Source: Tubiluchus corallicola | Lineage: Eukaryota; Animalia; Priapulida | Direction: 5' to 3' | Assembly: GCA_030141605.1 (NCBI GenBank) | Contig: JAQGDQ010000121.1 | Span: 496,001-560,000, forward strand | DNA: 64,000 bases | In this document: piece after piece, positions 18,901 to 29,758 of the stretch | Layout: the number at the start of each line of letters is the position of its first letter | Numbering within the stretch: the stretch's first letter is position 1 | Position numbers and translations under genes: made by a program | The notes under the pieces: generated by a model | What the model was told of the DNA's origin: nothing | Databases searched by the model: none | The model's input: the letters and a program-made list of their open reading frames with translations, nothing else

Positions 18901-21900
18901 AAAATGACTTTCAGCTGTGTGTATCAGAAAAACTTCAATAAAATGATCACTTTTTCTATCAGGATATTTTAACCAGTTAACCTCAGTTAAAGAGCCATTT
19001 ATCCCTTAGCAAATTTAATATTACAAAATAAAAATAGAAAGATGTTCTCTCTACCCTTCACAAAACATGTTGTATCTAAATCTACAAAAATTGACCAAGT
19101 ACGAATTGCAAGAATATCACTAGTATTGGGACACAGTTGATACTTGATGAGGTTTTCATGCCAGTAATAAAATTTTGATATGCAATAACCAAACCGAGCA
19201 ATGTACAGTAAATGTTATCAGATCAAAATCTGGCAATCTGAAGATGGAAGCTTATTTAGTAAGCCTAGATGTGCTCATATTGAAATCCTACAAAAAGTAA
19301 GACTTCATTTAACTGGAACTGAAACAAAGAAATTAAATGTCTTATGCCTGAGCTTTTAGTGAGATTTCTTGCTGACTCATGTTTAACTGCTGCTCCATTA
19401 TCTGCTGATACTCCTTCTTAGCTGCATGTAGACTGTCTCGTAATGACTCTGTTGCTGAATCTGTGTCACGTTGAGTTTGTGCCAACTGAGACTCTAATTG
19501 CACAACAAGTTGATCAGAATGTGCCAATTTTTTACGTAATTCTTCCAAATCTTTCTCATAACTGAAAATTCAGTAAATAAAATAGGCATAAAAACACAAT
19601 ATTGATAAATGCGAAAATAATTTGGAAATAAGAAACAGAATAGACTCATTTCTTAGCTAAGATAGTAGTAAAAAAGATTTCCAATTTGAAACAAAAATAT
19701 AAAACGCCAACAGTATTCAAGCCTCCTAACGATTTGAATCCAAACATTTCAGATATCTTTAAGTACCGCATTTGTAACGCCACAAAAGTATAACCACCTG
19801 TCACCGCAACCACATTTGCAGCTCACCCTTTCTGCCAACTATACTCCCCACACAACTCATGTCAATAATAAATCACACAGGTAAATTTTCTGCTTCAACA
19901 GAAAATAAATCAGAAAAAGTACAATCACCTGTTCTGCTTTTCAGCAAGCTCCGAAGCTAGTTGATTAATCTTACTGTGACAACGTTTTGCATCCTCTACT
20001 GCATCATTTTTCTCTGATGTTAGCTCATCTACTTCTTTACATACCATTTTAAGCTCTTGCTCAAGTTCCTCAACTTTTTCAGTCTGCAATACCAGTGACT
20101 TACAAGCAATTTGAAAAAATACAATATACAAAAATACAAAATATGGACAAAAGTCTGTATGCATTAGTGGAAGCCATTTTTTGCTTATGTACAATAACCT
20201 TTCCCTAAACACCGCTTCAGATTATTTTGTAGTTTGGTAAATGTTCTAAAGACATACATGCAAATCTTTTGTTTACTCTTTTTCACTTCAAGTTTTGCTG
20301 AACACATGAAGTGCACAAAGTAAGTGAGCCTACAACAATGCCCAAAATCGAAATAACTTTTGCAGGTAACTGCCACTGCAAAAAGACTGTTCCATATCGT
20401 TCCAGAAAAAATGCTCTACTGAAAACAAAATCCACGACACTTTCTTAGTTAGCATTGTAAGTTAGTGTACTCAATAAAAAATACTTAATAGTCAACACCC
20501 AGCATGACTGGAATGTGACATAGTGGAATTGTAGATTCAGAAATTGATTTGCCTTAACCTGGTCTACAACAATGACTGCCAGGACTGGGTAACATTGGGT
20601 CTTGAAACGTTTTCCGTAATGTTGCACATGATGTACGCTAGGAATCTAATAATAATAGTGCAAAAGAAACATGTATAGGTATGTATGTGTCTGCCATGCA
20701 GAAGAGTTTTTACAGTTGTTTTTTGATCATTGTACCTTGCAAGGATTAAGCCTTCTTATTCTAATAAGGTTATTTCTGTCCAAGATATGATCGACACTCA
20801 AGTCTTGCTTTTTTTTAACGGCATGACATTAAAAATATAAAAAAGAAAGAGGAAAGAGAGAGAAGAAAGAGAGAAACAAGAAAGAGTAAGAGAGGCAGAG
20901 AGAGAAAACTAAACAAGCAAGAGAGGCTAGCAGTAATGCGTGTGAAACTCAAGATGAGCAAAGTCTCCAGGCTTTGCTAGTGTAAATCATATACCTTGAT
21001 AAGCAACTGTCCTCCAACTTGCTCACTCATCTCTCGAAGGTTTCTTACTTCTGTTTCTAGCGTTTGCATTTGTTCAGTTGAAGTAAGAGAAATCTTTGCC
21101 TCCAGTGATGCTCTCTCTTCTGCAAATCTATGCTCGGCATCTTTCAGCTGTCAAATTACCAGAAAAAAATACTCATAAAAATTCATTATTGTTTTCTTCG
21201 TTAGGTTTTTGGGTCAATTGTTAACATGTTTTAGATAGATCAGTGGTCAAGACAAATAATGCAACAAACTGCTTCACGAAAAGTGAAATTGACAAACTCA
21301 TTTAAACTGTCATAAGCTAAAGAACTCTATTTATTAAACTCAGTCATCAAAAAAATGTAACAATCAATAGTCAATAAAAATATGGTTTGTTTGTTTGTTT
21401 GCTTTCTAAACTTGCAGCTCAATGCTGCCCAAACATTCAAAAATAGTACCAGGTAATATCAGTTTTTTAAATTCACTTGAGCATTTCCAATTTCATTAGA
21501 TAATTAGGAATTACCTGTTTCAGTAAAGGAATAAACTATTGCGTGCAGCAAAACACTATAATATTGTCCCTTACAGCAATTTAGCAAAAAACACAGAGGC
21601 TCGTGTAGTGTTTGGAGTTTGCAAAGAACAAACTGCAGGATTACTTCCAAACGTATTTTTTCATCACTTCTTTTTAAGTTTAATTAGCATGAAAAAGTAA
21701 AACTGCAATGACAAACCCTTAGGAATACACAAAAATTGATATACACTGTTAAATGAATGTAAGAGGTATATACTGTTGATGTTGATCAAGCTGATAACAT
21801 AGGTGCAAACAGTTTGTTTGTACAAGATTCATGTTTTGTTAGGTTTTGCAAACCAGATTAGTGAATTTTGAATCGATGACTAAATTGACAGCTTCTTGCA

Positions 21901-24900
21901 ACTATGCATTGCAAACAAGCTGATGGACATCTTAGACCACGTTATTTTGATATTTAATGGAAACCAACTAGTTTCTAAATACAGTAGTGATGAACGCCAC
22001 AGAGGTATTCATCGAACAAATGGCTGGAATTAAGCAAACTAGCAAACTACCATTTGTCTAACTGCTCAGATATTTCACAGAACTTGTTAACTTGTTTACC
22101 AGTTAGGCTACATTTGCCTCTTTTATGTTCAGTTTTAAGTTGCCTTCTGTCAAGTGCTTTCTCTAACAATGAGAATGTTGTACCGGAGGTTCAAGGAATA
22201 TGTAAACACAGAGATGTGGATAAAATAGCAAACTCGTCTTGGAAAATTGGTTTTATTTACAGGATACCTTGTTTATGTACTGAGATCGTAATGACAATTT
22301 GAGGTTATCAATTCGACTGCTGATGTACTCTTCGTGGCTTTCTCTACCATGTTCTTGCTCAGACAATTGCTTCCTTACAGCTTCCACTAAAAATGAATTA
22401 ATTTCGTAACAGAGTTAACTCAACTGTGGTACCTTTAAAATGTCAACAAAATGTTATCATGAGAAAGTAACTTATAAAAATGAATAAAATAGCAAAGTTG
22501 TGATTAATAAACTTATTTGATTTAATGATTAATAGCAAATGAAATTTAAGCGCTAATAATAAAAAACTGAAGTTTTACACTAGAAATTCAAAAACAAACT
22601 AAATGCTTAGATATTTTTGCTATTTAACTTGTTCTATTGACAGTTATGTTGAAAAAAGCTTACATTTTTCTCTTAAAGCTTGAATGGTTCTTTGTTGTTC
22701 AGATATCTGAGCTTGATGTGCCGACTTATAACTTTCTAGCTCACGATTCTTTAACTGTAATAGCTACAAGCAGATTTGTAAATTACTACATCATAAAAAA
22801 GTTTATGCTCAACTTGCACCTTTTATTAAAAAAAAGTTTATTAGATATTGAACATTTATTTTAATTTCAAGTTGATACAAGTACACTGACAATGAGTCAA
22901 AAAAAATTTTGACATGGAAATATATCAATAAAGTATAGGCATTACAAACATTATAAAGCCATTATGGCAAACTAAAAACATCATTCTAAAAAACAAGAAT
23001 AACTTTTTCAGGAAGCTTCAGCATCAGTCACAGATTTGTATGCATCATGATATACATAGTTTCAAAAATTTCAGCATGACAGCTAATCAATATTTCCATG
23101 GTTTAACATAAAATATGCACATTACAATTTAATCTGTATAAATCTTCAAAAAGCATGCTTTATATAGACAGCAAAATTAAAAGGAACAGGAAGGGTACTC
23201 AATAAAGCTTAGATCTCCACCTAGGTCTGCCAAGTGTATACACTATAGCAAACAATGCAACCACTTTGCTAAGAAGTCACCAGTAACTGCTCTGATGTAT
23301 TACTTGAACTACTAAATATAGCTCATTTACATACATGCTGAGCAAAGGTTATAAACAGAGTATACCTGATAATATCACAACAGTACGGCTTCTAATACAA
23401 CCCAAAATACAACCTGGGAATACCCCAAAATACAACCTGAAATAACTCCTTTTTTGTTGCCCATCTTGCTGGACATGTTTAGAAAAAAGAATTATTTTAT
23501 TTTGTAGCCCAGTTCCTACATTTTTTAAAAGTAGGAACTCCTCTTAAGACCCCATGAGGCACTGCACAAACATTTTTCCTATATGATGTTCCTTAAAAGT
23601 TTTAAGAAAAATGGGTGCAAAATGCTCAATTTGTGGCTCCCCCCATTTCTCCCGACATCCCGAGACTGCAACACAAAACTGAATGTCCTTCCCTGTCACA
23701 TGCCCCAGCCCTTCACAATGTGAAAATCAGCGAAGTAGTTTTTGCATAATTTTTTTAACTAACAAACAAATGGTGATGAAAACATTACTTTCTTGGTGGA
23801 AACATAAATCTAATTTTTGTCGTGCTTTGTTTTGGGTTTTGGCATGAATAATTGTGACTGTTCATGTTGCAAGAAAAAGATCTACAAACACTAAATTTAC
23901 CATCTGTTAATAATTTTTACTGACTCAGATGTCTGGGCAAAACCTAAATGAAATGAAGGCTTGATGTCCCTAATTAATTAGCTAGTCTTTTTTTCAATAA
24001 GCAGAACATATCATTGAAAGTCAAACCTACTACACTTTTTGCAACCTGGATGAACAAAAAATAACAATACATAACCTAGCAACAATGTAATTTCCTGTTT
24101 TACTTTTAAAGCATCTCTATACAACTATCTTTCTTTCCAAAAGGCACCAAATTAAATCTCAAACTACAAAACAAATAGTGGTTTGGCTTTCATTAAAAAG
24201 AAGAAAATGCAATTTTAAAGTATTTCCCAAAAAACTTTCAATACAAAGTTATATTACATAGCATTACATTTACCTTATTGAAAGACTTACGAAATTGGAA
24301 AAGAAAATTGTTAATAATTAAAAATGGTGACGTCAACTGGTAAAACGCCACTGATTCACCAAAAAACGTATTTTAATCTCATTGACAAAATACAGTAATT
24401 TAAACTTTTTCTTACTTAGTGAAGAGCGTGCTGCGATTGCTCTGATTATTTTTTCAAACTTTACACAGTGTTATCAAAACTTGTTTCAAACGACATTACC
24501 ATTAACATAAAGTTTAACCATCACCAAGGAAGTTTTTAATTTACAAGTTTTATACAGCAGTGCTGCTAATACATACTCTGTGTGCAGTAAGACACAAGGT
24601 AAATGATACAAAATTTCAATACGATTTTTTTTTACCACTAAGTAAGTAAAGAGTTACCTTGTGCTTTGAACTAACAAATGGATTTGGAAAACTTTATCTG
24701 CTTAGTAAGGCACATCTTATTTAGAGACAGAAAAATTGGCCTAACAAACTCGTCAAGTGACTTAATTATGCCAGTACCATTAACATAATAGATAAAAAAC
24801 GAAACTAAATTACTTATTTTTAACTTCTTCATAGTCTAATGCAGCATCCACACTTCACTTTAACATGATATGACGAACTGTCAGTTTCAAACAACCAACT

Positions 24901-26919
24901 CTTTGGCAATGACCTGCATCTCCTACACTATCGTTAGTAACATTTGCCTGTCTGCCATTCATGTCGTCAAGGTCAGATATAAACATAGTTACAATTGTGT
25001 GACGGGCGAAGGGAACTGGTACAAAAAGTACAGTCACGACGGTGTATTGTCAAAAAACTACAGGTCTAATTTTGGTGTGATCGTGGTTTCACGTTGGGTC
25101 ACGACACTTTGCATATAAAGACTAGTACTGCTTTATGTCAGTGCCCTATGATCAAGATGATTTCAGACAACGCACAAAGACAACAATAAGTTGCAATACC
25201 TTTTGTAAATCGTTTTCGTATTTGTGTTGCAAAGTGAGCCGCTCCTCATTGAACTGTGCTGCAATGCGAGTTCGAATCAGATGTTCCAGCTCACGATATC
25301 TGTGAGGACTTATAAAGCCTTCATCGTTCAACGTCGAGCTGAGCCTACGATGCGCTGCACTCAAAGATACTTGTGACAAATCTAACTCTACAAGACAAAG
25401 AATATAAATATAAATTTATAATAACCCGATTAGGACCTACATAAGAATGTAGGAAAAAAATTTCAAAATTTTAGATATTACTGTATTTATTAAAAGAGTC
25501 ATGCTATTCACCTAAACATTTTTTCATCCTAATTCTGTCTCTCAAATAAGTCACTTATCACTCAAGCTGAAGAAGTACATATGAATATTGAAGAAATAAT
25601 CATACCAGACTACACACAATAACACTTGTAAAAACCAAAAGCGATGCTTTCACCTTTCATGAATTGTTCATCAGCCTCCTTCAATGGCGTATTTAGTGGA
25701 AAGGCTGAGGGATTAATAGACTCAAAACTTTTCTCTAGGCTTGTCAAAGTACTGTTTCTAGTTTCGTCCATTTTGGAAGGTGAATCTGCAAAAACAAATA
25801 ATTGTAAATTAGTCACGTAAAGCACAGGAAAAAATGCCAAAAACGATAAAGCTAAAAAATGTTTCAACCTTTAAATAGTTCCTTGCGAGCAGTTTCCAAT
25901 GACACAACTTTACTCTCAGGGATTAGTCCTGTTGACAGAGAAGTCTTAGTTGGCAGCCTGGACTGAACTTGCATACTGTTCATTTTTAGTCGAGGTAACA
26001 TGGCTAAATGAGAATACTAAAATAAAACAAAGATTATCACTATTGAGTATTGACTGACCAACATTCGTTATAAATTAACATTTCATGTGTTGCGAGTACT
26101 CAAAACATTAATTAAAAACACGATCACATACTAACAATGCCATAACAATCCTTCTTCTGATTAGTATGATATTATGAAGTAGTTTTCTTCAACTTCATCA
26201 AAATATAATTTATTCTGAATTGAAATTCTACTAAGCAGAATTACAGCTAACCTCTCAAGGTTTGTGTGATGTACTTTTAAAGTTTTTTTAATTCATTAAC
26301 TCAGCAGAAATTTTTTACAGACCATGATCATAATTTTCATAAATACAAATGTAATCGATGTTGTACAGTTATTATTAATTGAAAAAAAATGCAAAAGAAA
26401 TTATGACAGAAATAATTATAAGATCAATAGATTGTATGTATAATGGGCTATTAATAAATTTCAGAAAGATTCTGTTTATGTATCGTAAAGGTAAATACAG
26501 TACATGTATAGCAGGACTTATCTTTCAAAATTGTCATTTTAACTGTTAGCAACTTGGATAAACTAAATCTTACACTCTGAATTCTGTTTAGTTTTAAATT
26601 CTTTCAATGTAAAAAGCCATACCCAATAAGATGGCAGTTGAGGTAATGGTCCTGGTTCAGGATCAGAGTTAAACGGTCCAGCAATTATCCCACCCTTACA
26701 CATGTCCAACAATAAACAAGCGTATTGATTTCGGAGAATCCTCTGAGATTTTAATAAGCTACCCTGCAAATGCTTAAGCCTATCGACCCATGCGATGCAG
26801 CGTTGCTTATCGGCGGGGTCCGCTAGAGATATTGAATGAATGTGAATGTCACCAAGCAATCTTTGGAAATCTGCATCTGATTGGGATGCATCATCCACTC
26901 CAGCATCACCGGATTCCAT
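12938..26919 (-). CDS. CEP112: Centrosomal protein of 112 kDa (DUF4485 N-terminus plus long coiled coil), ~904 aa
   Basis: 16 phase-consistent exons: 26919-26623, 26016-25869, 25785-25654, 25387-25200, 22763-22664, 22386-22268, 21147-20995, 20083-19929, 19561-19348, 18258-18043, 17408-17154, 16512-16369, 15264-15074, 14393-14239, 13691-13606, 13099-12938 (2715 nt). N-terminal DADFQRLL...DKQRCIAWVDRL...RNQYACLLLDM...GPFNSDPEPGPLPQLPSY, central AQFNEERLTLQHKYENDLQKLLQLKNREL and C-terminal YEKRLQLMLPMEIQREYEDTISALQSQV match recalled CEP112/CCDC46 motifs. Confidence 0.9.
15435..16095. mobile_element. Non-autonomous pogo/Tigger-like MITE (661 bp) in a CEP112 intron
   Basis: TIRs CAGCAAGTCCTCGCTTAATGA and TCATTAAGCGAGGACTTACTG (20/21 match), TA on both flanks, no transposase ORF. 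Confidence 0.85.
16563..16765. repeat. Diverged tandem duplication (~110 bp x2), intronic
   Basis: TGCCAATTAAAATTT.TTACCAAAGCT...TTTGTTAACTTG...ATTTG occurs twice in succession. Confidence 0.65.
18334..18698. mobile_element. Decayed MITE with ~30-bp imperfect TIRs
   Basis: Left end GCACACAGTAAAAAATCTCTGCAACAAATT resembles the reverse complement of the right end, GCACACGATGTAAAATCTGCCTGCATCAATTT. No clear TSD. Confidence 0.4.
23185..23810 (+). mobile_element. Possible Helentron-associated (DINE-1/HINE-like) non-autonomous element, decayed
   Basis: The 5' end AACAGGAAGGGTACTC...AGATCTCCACCTAGG and the 3' end AACAAACAAATGGTGATGAAAACATTACTTTCTTGGTGGA resemble the recalled 'GACCTCCGCCAAGG ... 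AACAAAC..GATGAAAACATAACCTCCTTGGCGGAG' architecture, with subterminal inverted repeats. Short internal tandem repeats lie at 23393-23445. Confidence 0.4.
24415..24560 (+). repeat. Dispersed repeat, copy 1 (similar to 50840-50975)
   Basis: Both places share GTGCT.CGA.TGC.CTGATTATTT.TTCAAA...TTGTTTCAAA...GAGTTT.AATTTACAAGTTTTATACAG. Confidence 0.6.
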
Positions 26920-27167
26920 GGCATCACTCTAACTTAGATGATGGTCTATCTTGATGACGCCCACAATGAAGTAACACCTCAAGGTCCTCAATTTCACTAT
27001 GTTAACCATCTTATGAGTAGACATTGACTGAATGCAAGTAAAAATACCTAAGAAAATTGAACTTTAGCTATTAGTTTTGTAAATAAAGAAAAATCTTGAA
27101 CTGTGGTCCATTTCCTAGCAGACACATGACAATTATAAATTTACTTTCTTCAATAAAACAACTAATA

Positions 27168-27256
27168 TTAATAATAATAAAATAATAATAATAATAACAA
27201 TAATAATAATAATAATAACGACGATGAAGACGATGATGATGACAACAACAATAATA
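27168..27256. repeat. Compound (AAT)n/(GAC/GAT)n/(AAC)n trinucleotide microsatellite
   Basis: Directly visible. Confidence 0.85.
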
Positions 27257-27835
27257 AAGAAGAAAAAATAGACAAGGATGGAAAAGTTCTAAGATAATAC
27301 AGTTACTAAGAAAAATACCACAGTAAAATTGAATTGACATGGTATTTCAGCATATTGCTGCAAGCTACCTTAACGTGGAATTAAAAACACACAAAAAAAA
27401 CAGAAAATGAGCACATGAGACTAAAATAATTGATAGCAATTCTTGGATTGTGTACATTAAGAACATAAAAAATTAATTCTTACAATTATAAGATGAAGCA
27501 AGCGCAGAGTAAACAGCATAAGAAACAACAACAGAATATCAAGTGCTAAGGAGACAGAACAAACAGGAGATATGGAGATATTAACGTCAGTATTTTTTGG
27601 ACGGCATGTTGATATGCCGAAAGTATCTCGCACTAATTGATTTTTCAGGTATATTTTATTTTAGGGTTAATTATAATTCGGGTAATAACTCCACTACATT
27701 GTTGGCACAAAAATATAATTTAAATTTGTAGTTAATTGAACAGTCACAAAGTTGCTACAGCAGTATTTTATAGCAACTGCGAAAGTTTTATGAGGTATAT
27801 TATAAAATTTGTTTAGAAAATTATACTAAAAAAAT

Positions 27836-27908
27836 TGTTCCTGCCAGGGCTCGAACCTGGGACCTTTCGCGTGTAAAGCGAACGTGATAACCACTACACT
27901 ACAGGAAC
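27836..27908 (-). tRNA. trnV-TAC: tRNA-Val (anticodon TAC)
   Basis: The minus strand reads GTTCCTGTAGTGTAGTGGTTATCACGTTCGCTTTACACGCGAAAGGTCCCAGGTTCGAGCCCTGGCAGGAACA. It has a paired acceptor stem GTTCCTG/CAGGAAC, anticodon arm TTCGC-TTTACAC-GCGAA, TTCGAGC T-loop and discriminator A, and is followed by an oligo-T Pol III terminator. Confidence 0.97.
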
Positions 27909-29758
27909 TCACGCACAGATAACACACTACAAAAGGCTAGTTGTGATTAGACTTGTAAAAAATATATAAATGCATCTGTATAAATAAATGTGCTAGTGAA
28001 GAATTTAGTTATTAAAATCAAAGGTACAAATAATATATATATATATATATATGTACATAAAGATATTTAATGATTTCGTTTTGTACTCTTTATTGCAACT
28101 GCTGCTAAATGATTCTCAAAACCCATAATTTCTGTTGCAGGCGTTTTGTCCACTGATATAGGCGAAAACCTGAGCGTAATAAAGGTAGATAGCTCTCCTT
28201 GTTTCAACGAAATAATAAATTTCACAAAACAAAAGTGTTAATACCTCATTTTTTGTATTTCAACGTCTTATGTGACAACAGAAAAACGGACGCGCTGTTT
28301 TGATTACAATTCTTCCAATAAAAGCGCACCACGAATTCGGCATTCTTACCGACCATTCTAATCGCATATGTCTTTAGCAAAGTTATAGGGCTAGGAGCAG
28401 AGAATGACTAAAGGTAACACCCACTACGGTAAAAGTCGAAGATCTAGCGTATTCCACTGCTCAATTCTTGCATTTTTATCAATAAACACAGTTTACACTA
28501 ATAACAGTGACCTAACAATGTCAAGAAGCCGGCATTGCAGCTTGTGCATGTGCAGGACAGCCAACAAATGACTTTAGTAGATTAATGCAGACTGATGAAA
28601 TAAAAAAATCCAAGACACTATTTTAGATAACTTTTTATGCAATCTATATTCTGATCATAATCATTTCTGAAGTGTTAAAGGTGTAACAAAAGGAGAATTC
28701 TAAACAGGTCCAGAAATTGAAAATCATCTTCCAAACATTTAATACAAGTAAAAATCAGTAGATGAAATATTCTTAGCTTTTCAGCACAAGAGAAGGCAAT
28801 TTACATGCATTTCATGAAATTTATAGATACCTTAGGAAAATAATGGCAGTGATTCTCAGCATTTAATTTATTCTAAAATTAACAAGGTTTTGTGATTAGC
28901 GAAGGCTGACAAATGGAATCTTGATTTAAATAATCATAACTAGAATGTGATGACGATAAGATGATGATAACTACAACAACGATGACAATAATAATACAGT
29001 ATCATGCATTTGTTCAAATACAAGAAAAAAGACAATACTATACTTATCATTGTAAGAACAATGCTTCTCACACTGCACTACCATCAAATATCTCAAAATA
29101 ACAATCATCTAACAGAGATAAGACTTTATTACAATGATCAATCAAATAAGATTTTTTGTGCTGCACTAAATTTTGTTCTGCATTAAAATTTTGACATAGA
29201 GGATTTTCAGTTAACCAAATTTTCGCTTCTGCAACGTTTATGAAAAACGTGACTGAATGAATTGAAGTCTAAATCAGTGAGCACATCTGTCTTTATCACT
29301 TGACTATTCCTGGTCCAAAGTGGTCTACTCACTGCAGATTTACACACACATAAGACTCATTAGAGTGCGCGGAGCTCATTATCACTTAACTATGTCTGAT
29401 CCAGTGCAGTTTAGTATGACTGAGCAGCTTGCCCACATTTTCACATTTAGTTCCTATCTCATGTTTTTAAACAATTGTAGCTTTTTCAAGCAAATCATTG
29501 TCTAGGCAAGGTGTCTACTCTCCAAATTTCCTGACTCTGAGTAGCGCAGCTTTAGAGTTTTTCAATGTTGCAACTCGGTTCCTAATATAATGATGATGAT
29601 TAACAATATTGGCATATGGGTTCTCATAGAATTTGCTGCTCGCAGATCAATAACACTTCCTTTGATGAAGTACACACAAATGTCAGTTATTATCACATCA
29701 GAAAATATGCACTACACAGCATTGTTTTCTAAGTAGCAGTAACTGTGAAGCATAAGTT

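Noticed and set aside
21148-22267. Possible U12-type intron in CEP112 (donor GTATCCTG)
   Set aside because: The donor departs from GTATCCTTT at +8, there is no TCCTTAAC-type branch point near the acceptor, and a normal pyrimidine tract is present. Treated as U2-type.
24810-25118. Possible extra CEP112 exon or small gene (ORFs 24855-25037 and 24870-25118)
   Set aside because: No frame-compatible exon without stops was found, and the flanking exons join directly to give a conserved CEP112 motif.
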